A stretch of DNA of 32,000 nucleotides from positions 270,001 to 302,000 of the forward strand of contig NC_006138.1 in NCBI RefSeq assembly GCF_000025945.1, in the 5' to 3' direction. Shown piece by piece: positions 1 to 9,534 of the stretch. The DNA is from Desulfotalea psychrophila LSv54 (GTDB lineage: Bacteria > Desulfobacterota > Desulfobulbia > Desulfobulbales > Desulfocapsaceae). Numbering within the stretch: the first letter of the stretch is position 1; each line of letters begins with the position of its first letter. Below the pieces are notes generated by a model, which ran no database searches, had not been told where the DNA came from, and was given only the letters and a program-made list of their open reading frames with translations. The position numbers and the translations under genes were made by a program.

Positions 1-77
1 GACTGTTGGAAGGCCTCAACGACAAAACACCCCTTGGTAAAAGCCCCTTAAAGGAGTTCAAGACCAGTAGAACAAGC

Positions 78-1148
78 CTAGAGGCTATAAATAAAGCGTC
101 TGTCCACCTTGCCACTGGCCGTCCTGACCAGTTGGGAGACATAGATGATCTGCCGGGGCAGGGCATATTTATCCAGTACCTCCGCAAGCATGAGACACAT
201 CTTTTTTCGGAAGAGATCCTGTTTGGATCTGCTCAGATAATAGATATCGGCCGACTCTATGACCAGAATAATCTTCCGGCCCAGACGACTGTCAGGACTT
301 GAGGTCAGCAAAAATGGATAGTCAAGCAGATGGACAATGCGGCTCTCAAGCTCTTCCGGGGAAAATTTAATTCCGCCTGAGTTAATGATATTATCCCAGC
401 GCCCCAACCAGCGAAAGCCTCCGGCACAAAGCGCTGCCATATCGTTACTGATCAGAGCTTGGCCTACCACCTCACCATCCTCCACCACCAGACAGCCACG
501 CTCATCACAGGCGAACTCCACCCCCGGCAGGCCTCGATAAATATCATCGACACCAATTTTTTGCAGGGCCACATGGGAGCAGGTCTCTGTCATGCCATAG
601 CCCAGATAAAACTCCGTCTCCGGGCAGGCCAAAATCAACTCCCGCAGGGGGGCTGAAACCTCGGCCCCGCCGAGGAGAACAGTCTTCACCCGGACAGTAT
701 AGCCAATATCCCGCAGCATATTTTCCGCCTGAAGGGGAACCATGGCCACAAAGTCAATATCGTCACTAAATTTTCGGTGGGGATTGCCCTCGGGGGCGAT
801 GGTCAGAAGCTCGGCCCCGGAGACCAGGGCCCTAATAAGCATCATCTTACCGGCAATATATTCCGCCGAGAGACAGAGGGCCAGTCGACTGACCTCCGAG
901 ATATGAAAAAAAGCACAGGTCCGACGGGCAGAGGCCAACATGGCCCTCTTGGCAAGCTGAATAGGCTTGGCCTTTCCGGTGGAGCCAGAGGTATACTGCT
1001 CTATACTCTCCGCAGACTGCCACCAGGCAGCCAAAAAGGTGAAAATATTCTGCCGCCAGAGGGGCAGATCGAGGAAGGCCTCGCTCTTAAGCAGGGAGGT
1101 AAGAGATTCAGCATCATAGATCTTTCCATCAATTTTAACAGAGTCCAT
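78..1148 (-). CDS. menE: o-succinylbenzoate--CoA ligase (short adenylate-forming enzyme)
   Basis: 356-aa ORF with ATG at 1148. It has the adenylation motif YTSGSTGKAKP and the GYGMTET core motif. It is the last gene of the men operon, 11 nt after menC. Confidence 0.8.
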   Translation of the reverse strand: MDSVKIDGKIYDAESLTSLLKSEAFLDLPLWRQNIFTFLAAWWQSAESIEQYTSGSTGKAKPIQLAKRAMLASARRTCAFFHISEVSRLALCLSAEYIAGKMMLIRALVSGAELLTIAPEGNPHRKFSDDIDFVAMVPLQAENMLRDIGYTVRVKTVLLGGAEVSAPLRELILACPETEFYLGYGMTETCSHVALQKIGVDDIYRGLPGVEFACDERGCLVVEDGEVVGQALISNDMAALCAGGFRWLGRWDNIINSGGIKFSPEELESRIVHLLDYPFLLTSSPDSRLGRKIILVIESADIYYLSRSKQDLFRKKMCLMLAEVLDKYALPRQIIYVSQLVRTASGKVDRRFIYSL

Positions 1149-1159
1149 CGGCAGATCCT

Positions 1160-2257
1160 TTAAGATACCCCCAAAAGTCCCCCGTCCACGGCAAGGTTTG
1201 AGGGAAGATTATTGGTATATAGCTGGCCTGTCCCCAGCCCTTGGGGCATGGTGGGCTGATAGAGGGCCGTCCACTGGGCAATGGCGGCAAGCCCCAGATT
1301 AGATTCAAGGGCCGAAGTGATCCAGAAACCGATACCACGCTCTCGAGCAAGCTCTATCCACTGTCCGGCATAGTGAAAGCCACCAAGCAGGGATGGTTTG
1401 AGAATGATATACTGGGGCCTGATGGCATCGAGCATGGCAGAACGCTGTTCAGCCCCTAGCCCGATCAGCTCCTCATCCAGAGCAATGGCCAGAGGAGAGT
1501 TGGCACAGAGAGCCGCCATCTCGGACCATTGATGCTGGCGAATGGGCTGCTCAATGGAGTGAAGATGGAACTGACTGAGACGCTTCAGTCTTTGTGGGGC
1601 ATTGGCAGGCGAAAAGGCACCGTTGGCATCGACCCGAATCTCCAGCTGCTGCGGAGAAAAGCTCTCACGAATGCCGGCGAGAAGGGCACACTCTTTATCG
1701 AAATCAATGGCCCCAATCTTCAATTTCAGACAGCCATAGCCCTCGGCCAGCTTGGCCTCGATCTGTTCCTGCATAAAAGCGGCCTCGCCCATCCAGATCA
1801 GGCCATTGACCGGAATCCGCTTTTCACCACGAGTAAAGTCCGAGGCGAACCACTCCTGCCTGCCTCCAGAGAGCAGATCCAGCAGGGCCATCTCCAGGGC
1901 AAAGCGCAGGGCAGGAAAGCGACCATCGGTTGAGACCTGCCAGGAATCCAAAATTCCGGCAATATCGGTCAGAACAGACCTGTAGTCAGAAAAATCCGCC
2001 CCCCCCCTCTCAGCCAGAAACTGGCGGAGACGAATTGGCTCCTCGGCCCGAAGTCTCCGGGCAAGGAGATCAAGCTCTCGCCCTATCTGCTCCTCGGGAT
2101 CAAGAGAGAGTCCCGGAATAAGGGATACCTCCCCCTGCCCTCCGTGACCGTCAATATCCAGACGGACAAACCAGGTGGGCTTACTGGTGAGCACTCCACG
2201 GGAGGTGCCCGCCGGTCGCTTAAATATCAGATCACTGCGTCTATAGCTCAGTTCCAT
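1160..2257 (-). CDS. menC: o-succinylbenzoate synthase (enolase superfamily)
   Basis: Enolase-superfamily pattern KLKIG / IRVDANGA / IEQP / ALDEEL, sitting between menB and menE. The track start at 2266 is GTG. I prefer the ATG at 2257, which is preceded by AGGTG at 6-nt spacing overlapping the menB stop. Confidence 0.8.
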   Translation of the reverse strand: MELSYRRSDLIFKRPAGTSRGVLTSKPTWFVRLDIDGHGGQGEVSLIPGLSLDPEEQIGRELDLLARRLRAEEPIRLRQFLAERGGADFSDYRSVLTDIAGILDSWQVSTDGRFPALRFALEMALLDLLSGGRQEWFASDFTRGEKRIPVNGLIWMGEAAFMQEQIEAKLAEGYGCLKLKIGAIDFDKECALLAGIRESFSPQQLEIRVDANGAFSPANAPQRLKRLSQFHLHSIEQPIRQHQWSEMAALCANSPLAIALDEELIGLGAEQRSAMLDAIRPQYIILKPSLLGGFHYAGQWIELARERGIGFWITSALESNLGLAAIAQWTALYQPTMPQGLGTGQLYTNNLPSNLAVDGGLLGVS

Positions 2258-2267
2258 GCCAGACACC

Positions 2268-3083
2268 TTATGGGAATTTAGGAAACTGATCGAAATCCGG
2301 CTCGCGTTTTTCCAGGAAAGCGTTCTTGCCCTCCTGAGCCTCTTCCATCATATAGAACATCATGGTGGCATTACCGGCAAGCTCCTGGATACCGGCCTGA
2401 CCGTCAAGCTCAGCATTAAGACCCGCCTTGATCATGCGCAGGGCCATGGGGCTCCGTTTGATAATCTTTTCACACCACTCAACGGTGGTATCTTCCAGCT
2501 GTTCCAGAGGAACAACCTTATTAACCATCCCCATATCCATTGCCTCCTGAGCAGAGTACTGATCACAGAGAAACCAGATTTCCCGGGCCTTCTTCTGGCC
2601 AACCTGACGGGCAAGATAGGAGGAACCAAAGCCTGCATCAAAACTGCCCACCTTGGGTCCTGTCTGACCGAATTTGGCATTTTCCGAGGCAATGGTCAAA
2701 TCGCAAACCACATGGAGGACATGGCCACCGCCAATGGCAAAACCATTTACCATGGCAATAACGGGCTTGGGCAGGGAACGGATGGCCTTTTGCAGATCGA
2801 GGACATTAAGACGGGGCACTCCGTCCTTACCGATATAACCACCGGTGCTCTTCACATTCTGATCACCACCCGCACAGAAGGCCTTATCGCCTGCACCAGT
2901 AAAGATCACCACCCGCACGTCCTGACACTCACGGCAATAGACCATGGCTTCAAGCATCTCTTTATTGGTATCGGGGGTAAAGGCGTTATAATAACGAGGA
3001 CGATTAATGGTTATCTTGGCGATACCATTAAAAATCTCAAACTTAATCTCTTCATACTCTTTTATTGTTTTCCATTCTCTCAT
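2268..3083 (-). CDS. menB: 1,4-dihydroxy-2-naphthoyl-CoA synthase (crotonase fold)
   Basis: 271 aa with ATG start. Crotonase/MenB motifs are present: ITINRP, FCAGGDQ, GGGHVLH. Confidence 0.92.
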   Translation of the reverse strand: MREWKTIKEYEEIKFEIFNGIAKITINRPRYYNAFTPDTNKEMLEAMVYCRECQDVRVVIFTGAGDKAFCAGGDQNVKSTGGYIGKDGVPRLNVLDLQKAIRSLPKPVIAMVNGFAIGGGHVLHVVCDLTIASENAKFGQTGPKVGSFDAGFGSSYLARQVGQKKAREIWFLCDQYSAQEAMDMGMVNKVVPLEQLEDTTVEWCEKIIKRSPMALRMIKAGLNAELDGQAGIQELAGNATMMFYMMEEAQEGKNAFLEKREPDFDQFPKFP

Positions 3084-3236
3084 GGCTGTTTCCTTCGTTA
3101 TATTATAGGGGGTAAAATTAATGGGAATCTTAAAAAATTAATATTTTCCATAAGGGGCACATGGAAAATTTTACCACAGGCATCGTTAATACCGAAGTCT
3201 ACGCTGAGCTTCGATAATAGCCTTTTTCAAAGTTCC

Positions 3237-4850
3237 CTAATCTCTTTTGGTCGGATCAACAAACACCTCAAGAACCAGAGGGCCATCCTGCAGTCCTAAG
3301 AATTCCTCGGAAAAACCATCTATCTCCGAGGCCAGGCAACGGCGATAGGCCACGCCATATGCCTCTATCATCTTACCTATCTGCACAGGATGATGAGCGA
3401 CAAAAAAGTCCTGATAGCCGGGACTGACACTGGGCCCCTTCAGCCTTCTAAAAATATCACCACCCTGATTATTGAGAATAACAATACGCAGGTTGGAAGG
3501 CAGATTGCGGTTCCAGAGGGCATTGGAGTCATAGACAAAGCTCAGATCACCCAAACAACAGAGGACCAGCTGATCCGTTGCCAGGGCAACCCCCACGGCG
3601 GTGGAGAGACAGCCATCAATGCCCGCCACCCCTCGATTGCTATGATAGAGAAGATCAGCTCTGGAGGCCAGTTTTTGGGCATGACGCACGGACATGGAGT
3701 TGCCCAGATGGGCAATACTACCTGCGGGCAGTTGGCCCAGCAGTCTCTTCAGAACCAGAAACTCATCATCTTGGTTCTCAGCAACTCCCTCGGGCAGAGC
3801 CCAGAGATCACGAAAACCGGCAGCTGGCTCCACCTGCTGAGCAAGACGGCGAAAAAATGTTGTGGGGGCAAGATCAAGTTCTGCACTGAGGCACTGATAG
3901 GTATCAATACCCATCTGGGCAGGATCGAGGCGAAAGTGAAAGGCCGGTTTAAACTCCCGCAGGAGGAGCTTGATGTGCTTTGCAACCAGATGACCGCCAA
4001 AGGAGATAAGACAGTCAGGGGCCAGAAGAGATCTGGATGCCTCATCACAGGCCAGAAGCACGGCATCTGGTCTGTCCACCAGCCAGGGGCCGACGATATT
4101 GGCCGTGTTTTCGGCAATAATGGTCACAGTTTTGTCCGGAGCAAATCGAGCCAAAAGGGCCTGAAGCTCAGCATCGGCCACGCCCTGTCCACATACAATC
4201 ATCCGCCGCTTGGCACCTCGCCAGGCAGACTCCACCTCCTGCCAGAGAGCTGGACTCATACCCTTGGGCTCTGCTAGCTGCAGAGGAGAAAGAGCAATAA
4301 GGGACTCAGCCATCAATTCGCCTCCATAGAGGGGTTCATCGAGGGGAATATTGATATGAACGGGGCCAAAGCAGGGAGAGAGGGCGGTAGAAAAGGCCTG
4401 AGCTATGACTCGCGCCGACAGTTCCAGCTCCGCCACAGTTTCCGGTTCTTCAGGCAGGCTATAACTACCCTTAACAATATTGGCAAAGAGGTTATCCTGG
4501 CAAATGGTCTGACTATCCTGCTGACCAACCAGACGGGCCGGACGATCGGCTGAAAGAACTATAAGGGGGGCCCGCAGATAGTAGGCCTCGGCAATAGCCG
4601 GTCCATAGTTGAGCAGAGCCGTCCCCGAGGTACAGAGCACTCCCACCGGGGCCTGTAGTTCCGTTGCCAGACCGAGGGCCACAAAGGCCGCTGATCGTTC
4701 ATCGACAATGCTCAGGCACTCTATCTGGGATGAAGCAGCAAAGGCACGGATAAGGGGGGCGTTACGGGAACCAGGAGAAATCACCAAATGGCGCATGCCA
4801 TGGGCGATACAGTGATGAGCAAGGTCTGAAATATGTTGTTTTGCACGCAT
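3237..4850 (-). CDS. menD: 2-succinyl-5-enolpyruvyl-6-hydroxy-3-cyclohexene-1-carboxylate (SEPHCHC) synthase, ThDP-dependent
   Basis: 537 aa with ATG start. It has the ThDP-binding motif GDLSFVYDSNAL...ILNNQGG and sits between menF and menB. Confidence 0.88.
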   Translation of the reverse strand: MRAKQHISDLAHHCIAHGMRHLVISPGSRNAPLIRAFAASSQIECLSIVDERSAAFVALGLATELQAPVGVLCTSGTALLNYGPAIAEAYYLRAPLIVLSADRPARLVGQQDSQTICQDNLFANIVKGSYSLPEEPETVAELELSARVIAQAFSTALSPCFGPVHINIPLDEPLYGGELMAESLIALSPLQLAEPKGMSPALWQEVESAWRGAKRRMIVCGQGVADAELQALLARFAPDKTVTIIAENTANIVGPWLVDRPDAVLLACDEASRSLLAPDCLISFGGHLVAKHIKLLLREFKPAFHFRLDPAQMGIDTYQCLSAELDLAPTTFFRRLAQQVEPAAGFRDLWALPEGVAENQDDEFLVLKRLLGQLPAGSIAHLGNSMSVRHAQKLASRADLLYHSNRGVAGIDGCLSTAVGVALATDQLVLCCLGDLSFVYDSNALWNRNLPSNLRIVILNNQGGDIFRRLKGPSVSPGYQDFFVAHHPVQIGKMIEAYGVAYRRCLASEIDGFSEEFLGLQDGPLVLEVFVDPTKRD

Positions 4851-4923
4851 ATTATCTATTGTATGAGGCTTCCGGCCATTGGCCGGGGTCAGTAAGGCAG
4901 ACCCTGCACAGACTGACAGGAAT

Positions 4924-6045
4924 TTAATTATCCAGGGCGGAGAGAATAGTCTTGGTCTTCAGTACAGTTTCCGTCCACTCATCCTCGGCAACAGAGTCCG
5001 AAGTGATGCCACCACCGACATATACCTGAGCATAACCTCTGCATACCTGCATACAGCGCAGATTCACATAAAGAGAAATCTGTTCCGGAGATATATTTAC
5101 CGGCCCCAGAAAGCCCGAGTAGTACTGGCGATCGTGTTTCTCCAAACCATGGAGGAAGGTACGGGCCGCCTCCTTGGGCATACCACATACCGCCGGGGTG
5201 GGATGGAGGGCCTGAAGCAGCGGGCTTAGCTTACCACCTATCTCATGTGAATCACAGGAAAATTCTGTGCATAGATGGAGCATATTGCCAGCCTGACGTG
5301 GATAGGGCAGGCCCCTCTTAACCGACTTCAGATCAAAGCTAATGAGAAGATCATTTATATAATCGGTGACATACTGTTGTTCCTGTCTCTCTTTCTCTGA
5401 CCAGGCAGAAAATTTTTGGTTTTCGGGAGTGTTTTTTCGAGTGGCCGCAAGAGCGATGGTTTGCAACTTCCCCTGCCCGACCGAAGCCAGAATCTCCGGA
5501 GTGGCTCCCAACCAGAGATGCCCATCCGCCTGAAAGATATAGACGAGGGAGTGGGGATAACGAGCACACATTCTTATATAGGTGGCCACCACCTTTTCCC
5601 GAATATCGTCCCTAATAATCTCCACCCGAGAGAGTACGGCCTTGGCAAACCGACCCGCCTCGATGGCCGTAACCAGACTGTCCACCTCCTGCAGATACTC
5701 CGCATGGTCACACTGATAGGTCTCACCAATGTCTCCGCAACCATTAAGCGAATTACCACCAAACTGCTCCAGTCTGGCAAAAAGAGACTCATCTGGAGCA
5801 TCACCTACTGAGATCAGATCCGGGGAGATAAGGATGGGACGGCAGGAATCGCTCTCGACAAAGGGGGCAATGGCAAAGCCCCTCTGCTCAGATATTTCAT
5901 GATCAACACTGAGCCTCAGGGGCTCTCCGCCATCCTGGGCCAGGGTAACAATATCACAGCCCGGCTCTCGATAAGAGGCAAAGCAGAGTTTTTTATCCAG
6001 ACAGAGCTGAAGCAGTTGAGGCAGGGTTTTCTTTATAGGTTTCAT
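4924..6045 (-). CDS. menF: isochorismate synthase
   Basis: Chorismate-binding C-terminal motifs HPTPAVCGMP, YSGFLGP and GGGI. The track start at 6075 is TTG and overlaps the upstream gene. The ATG at 6045 (MKPIKK...) lies after the upstream stop. Confidence 0.85.
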   Translation of the reverse strand: MKPIKKTLPQLLQLCLDKKLCFASYREPGCDIVTLAQDGGEPLRLSVDHEISEQRGFAIAPFVESDSCRPILISPDLISVGDAPDESLFARLEQFGGNSLNGCGDIGETYQCDHAEYLQEVDSLVTAIEAGRFAKAVLSRVEIIRDDIREKVVATYIRMCARYPHSLVYIFQADGHLWLGATPEILASVGQGKLQTIALAATRKNTPENQKFSAWSEKERQEQQYVTDYINDLLISFDLKSVKRGLPYPRQAGNMLHLCTEFSCDSHEIGGKLSPLLQALHPTPAVCGMPKEAARTFLHGLEKHDRQYYSGFLGPVNISPEQISLYVNLRCMQVCRGYAQVYVGGGITSDSVAEDEWTETVLKTKTILSALDN

Positions 6046-6058
6046 GGGGTCAACCAGA

Positions 6059-6457
6059 CTATGCCTCAGCCGCAAGCTTTACGGTGATACGACAGAGGGC
6101 AACGGTCTTACCCATCTCTGTCTCCACCCGCACATCCCAGATATGACTAGTCCGGCCCCTATGGACAAGCAGGGGCTCGGCGTAGACATAGCCCTCACGC
6201 ACCGATGAGAGAAGAGAGGCATCAACATGATAACCAAAGGCCGCCATATCTCTGTCTGTACAGGAAGAGGCGACACTGGCAACGGTCTCGGCCAGGGCAA
6301 TGGTAGCGCCTCCATGCAGATAGCCATGGGGTTGTTGGGTGCGGCTATCGACCTTCATCCGCGCTCGGGGGACACCATTTCTATATGAGATGAATTCAAT
6401 ACCCAGATTCTGGATCATTGAATCCTTACAAATTTTATTTATTTCGTCTAAAGTCAT
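6059..6457 (-). CDS. PaaI/YdiI-type hotdog-fold thioesterase (candidate DHNA-CoA thioesterase)
   Basis: Hotdog-fold pattern ...LHGGATIALAETVAS... plus position as first gene of the men operon. The track start at 6496 is TTG; the ATG at 6457 (MTLDEINK...) gives a typical ~132-aa protein. Confidence 0.7.
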   Translation of the reverse strand: MTLDEINKICKDSMIQNLGIEFISYRNGVPRARMKVDSRTQQPHGYLHGGATIALAETVASVASSCTDRDMAAFGYHVDASLLSSVREGYVYAEPLLVHRGRTSHIWDVRVETEMGKTVALCRITVKLAAEA

Positions 6458-6762
6458 AAATATAGAGACCACATTCCAGGCAATAAACTTCACCAAAATA
6501 GTACGTTAAATAGAGCGTTCAAGATGCCCAGACTGTAGTCCCTCCCCCGTTCTATGGCAAGTTTTTTCTTTAAGGAGATGTCTTGCCGAAAAAGGCCCTG
6601 CAAAAAGAAAACCCACTTTTTCTCCGCCTAAGAAAAGGGCCAGGACTAAACAGCTCGCCCATAAAAGGGCCTCGCCTCCTCCAGGAATAATCTCTTCTCC
6701 TCTCCTTATCGCAAAAAAGTCTTTCATCTTTTCCTGTTTCCAACTATAAGAAAGCTGTGTGT

Positions 6763-7116
6763 GAAGTGGGCTCATGATCGCCCCGACTTTCGCAGTCGGA
6801 GAGGAAAGTCCGAACTCCGCAGGGCAAGATGGTTCGTAACACGAACACTGGGTGACCGGTGGAAAGTGCCACAGAAAATAGACCGCCTGGTTCGCCAGGT
6901 AAGGGTGAAACGGCGAGGTAAGAGCTCACCGCTTTCACGGTGACGTGGAAGGCAGGGCAAACCCCATCTGGAGCAAGACCAAATAGAGAGATGTTTGAGG
7001 GCGGCTCCGTCCGAGATCTCCGGGTAGGTTGCAAGAGGCGTCGGGCAACCGACGTCCCAGTGAAATGATCATGGCTCCCTTCGGGGAGAGACAGAATTCG
7101 GCTTATAGCCCACTTC
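6763..7116 (+). ncRNA. rnpB: RNase P RNA, bacterial type A
   Basis: Conserved regions are readable directly: GAGGAAAGTCCG (CR-I), CACAGAAAATAGACCGCC, GGGTGAAACGGCGAGGTAAGAGCTCACC and ACAGAATTCGGCTTATAG. The P1 helix pairs GAAGTGGGCT (6763-6772) with AGCCCACTTC (7107-7116). A T8 run follows at about 7123-7130. Confidence 0.95.
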
Positions 7117-7169
7117 GCACATTTTTTTTCGTCTCAAAACAAGGAAACATCTCACCGCAAGACAGGAAA

Positions 7170-8330
7170 ATGAAAAACGGTGCAGTCATCATACCCGCAG
7201 CAGGTAGCGGCACACGGATGAAACTGGATTACCCCAAACAGTATCATGCTGTTGCGGGGACTCCCATTATCGTTCACACCATACGCGCGTTCAATAAACA
7301 CCCCTGCATAGCAAAAATAATCCTTGTCGTCCCCCAAGATCATCTCGAAGAAAGCAAAGCTCTCCTGCAAAAATATCAGCTAGAAAACATCTCGATTGTG
7401 ACTGGCGGCGCCCGTCGTCAAGACTCCGTACTCCGTGGTCTACAAGAGGTTCCAGAGTCAATAGATATTGTTTTGGTGCACGATGGGGCCCGCCCCATGG
7501 TCAGTGCCGAGCTCATCAGCCGTTGCTATAAAGGCGCCCAGCAATACGGGGCTGTCATTGCCGCTGTGCCGGTAAAAGACACCCTGAAGAGGGGCGCAGG
7601 CAGAATTGTGACTGGCACCGTTGACCGCGAGGGACTATGGCAGGCCCAGACTCCCCAAGCTGCCCGAAAAGCTCTTCTCGTCAAAGCCTTTAAGGAAAAC
7701 GGCATGAGAAATGTCACCGATGAGTCCACCCTTCTGGAAGGGGTAGGAATCCCCGTAACCCTGATCGAGGGATCAGAGACCAATATCAAGATTACCCGCC
7801 CTGAAGACCTCATCCTAGCTGAAAACTTCCTCAGAGAAAAAAAAGAACCCATGCAAAAAATACGCATTGGCCACGGCTTTGATGCCCACCAGCTGGTCGA
7901 AAAGAGAAGGTTGATACTGGGCGGAGTAGAGATCCCCTACCACCTGGGCCTTGCCGGCCATTCCGACGCCGACGTTCTTGTCCATGCCCTCTGTGATGCC
8001 CTGCTCGGAGCCATTGGCGCAGGTGATATCGGCCGCCATTTCCCCGACAGCAGTGATGCCTTTAAGGATATCTATTCCATCAGACTCCTCGAATCGGTCA
8101 TGCAAAAGGTAGGGGAGCTGAACTACAAAATCGGCAACGCCGACATCAGCGTGATCTGCCAGGCACCAAAGCTTGCGCCCTATCTCAAGCAAATGCAGGA
8201 GATCATCGCCACCAGCTGTGCCTGCCAAATCAGCGATATCAATATCAAGGCCACCACCACCGAAAAGATGGGGTATACAGGCCGGGGCGAAGGTATCAGT
8301 TGCCATGCCGTCGTCCTTCTTCAACAATAA
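7170..8330 (+). CDS. ispDF: bifunctional 2-C-methyl-D-erythritol 4-phosphate cytidylyltransferase / MEcPP synthase
   Basis: The IspD N-terminus has IIPAAGSGTRM, and the IspF half has IRIGHGFDAHQL and GHSDADVLVHA. The track ORF starts at 7029 inside rnpB. The ATG at 7170 is preceded by AGGA. Confidence 0.9.
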   Translation: MKNGAVIIPAAGSGTRMKLDYPKQYHAVAGTPIIVHTIRAFNKHPCIAKIILVVPQDHLEESKALLQKYQLENISIVTGGARRQDSVLRGLQEVPESIDIVLVHDGARPMVSAELISRCYKGAQQYGAVIAAVPVKDTLKRGAGRIVTGTVDREGLWQAQTPQAARKALLVKAFKENGMRNVTDESTLLEGVGIPVTLIEGSETNIKITRPEDLILAENFLREKKEPMQKIRIGHGFDAHQLVEKRRLILGGVEIPYHLGLAGHSDADVLVHALCDALLGAIGAGDIGRHFPDSSDAFKDIYSIRLLESVMQKVGELNYKIGNADISVICQAPKLAPYLKQMQEIIATSCACQISDINIKATTTEKMGYTGRGEGISCHAVVLLQQ

Positions 8331-8338
8331 GGTAGACC

Positions 8339-9478
8339 ATGAATATAAACAGCGAAAGAGTTGCCCAGATATTTACCGCACTGTGCGAGATCAGCTCACC
8401 TTCAAAAAACGAAAGGGTAATTGCCAACTATCTTAAGGAGATCTTCAGAGAGCTGGGTGCCACGGAAATTTACGAGGATAATTCCGCCGAACAGACCGGC
8501 TCCAACAGCGGCAATATCATTGTTCGCTTTGCCGGATCCTGCCCCGAACGCACCCCCCTCCTCTTTGCCTGTCATATGGACACTGTCCTGCCGGCAGATA
8601 ATATCGAGGTTGCCCGAGAGAACGACACCTTCACCAGCGCCGGCGAAACTGTGCTCGGCGGTGACGATAAGTCAGGAATCGTGGCCCTGATAGAGGCATT
8701 CACCCTGATCAAAGAAAATGACACCGAACACGGAGCCATTGAACTGGTCTTTACCACCTGCGAAGAGATCGGCCTGCTCGGAGCCAAGTACCTTGAGTAC
8801 GACAAACTCCAGGCAAAGATGGGCTATGCCCTTGATGCCGGTGGTAGTGACACCGTTGTCACCCGGGCCCCGACAGCAAACAGCATTGATATAATCATCC
8901 ACGGACTGGCAGCCCATGCCGGCCTCAGCCCGGCAAAGGGGATCAATGCCCTCACTCTTGCCGCCCAGGCCTTGGCAGGCCTGCAGCTGGGACGACTGGA
9001 CGCGGATTCAACCGCCAACTTCGGCCTTATCTCCGGTGGTACGGCAGTCAACATTGTCCCCGACAAGGTCTGTCTCCATGGCGAGGTGCGCAGCCAATCA
9101 CCAGCCAAGCTCGATGAGTATACGGAAAAAATCTGCACTGTCTTTCGTAAGACCGTGGCCGACTGGAGTAGCCCTGAGCATAAGGAGCAGAGACCCTCTA
9201 TTGATATAGAGGTGATAAAAGAGTACGACGCCATCGTCATAAACGAAGAGGGACCGCTCATCCAGCACCTCCTCCGGGTTACCAAGGCCATGGGTATAAA
9301 TATAGGAATCACCTCCACCGGAGGCGGCAGTGATGCCAATGTTTTTAACGGCCACGGTATAGAGACGGCTATCCTGGCAACGGGCATGGATCTAGTCCAT
9401 ACCACCGCAGAACGAATCGATCTTAAAGATATGCTTAAATTGACGAATCTTATTTATGAAATCATCAGTCAGGGATAG
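8339..9478 (+). CDS. M20/M25/M40-family metallopeptidase (PepT-like)
   Basis: 379 aa with ATG start. Metal-ligand motifs CHMDTV and GGDDKSG are present, along with a C-terminal GGGSDAN motif. Confidence 0.75.
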   Translation: MNINSERVAQIFTALCEISSPSKNERVIANYLKEIFRELGATEIYEDNSAEQTGSNSGNIIVRFAGSCPERTPLLFACHMDTVLPADNIEVARENDTFTSAGETVLGGDDKSGIVALIEAFTLIKENDTEHGAIELVFTTCEEIGLLGAKYLEYDKLQAKMGYALDAGGSDTVVTRAPTANSIDIIIHGLAAHAGLSPAKGINALTLAAQALAGLQLGRLDADSTANFGLISGGTAVNIVPDKVCLHGEVRSQSPAKLDEYTEKICTVFRKTVADWSSPEHKEQRPSIDIEVIKEYDAIVINEEGPLIQHLLRVTKAMGINIGITSTGGGSDANVFNGHGIETAILATGMDLVHTTAERIDLKDMLKLTNLIYEIISQG

Positions 9479-9534
9479 TATTTAATCCACCCTCATCTAT
9501 GCTGCTTACAAAGGGCGACACAGTAAAGGAAAAC

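Noticed and set aside
2256-3299. 347-aa + strand ORF antisense to menB
   Set aside because: It is a shadow ORF opposite a strongly supported gene, and its translation has no recognisable motif.
6506-7034. Track ORFs 6506-6775(-), 6744-7034(-), 6761-6943(+) and 6772-6960(-)
   Set aside because: They overlap the RNase P RNA or the men/rnpB divergent promoter region. They have no SD and low-complexity Arg/Ser/Pro-rich translations typical of non-coding frames.
7029-7169. N-terminal 47 codons of the track ORF 7029-8330
   Set aside because: They lie on top of the 3' half of rnpB and its T-tract. A canonical IspD N-terminus (MKNGAVIIPAAGSGTRM) starts at the ATG at 7170, which has an AGGA SD.
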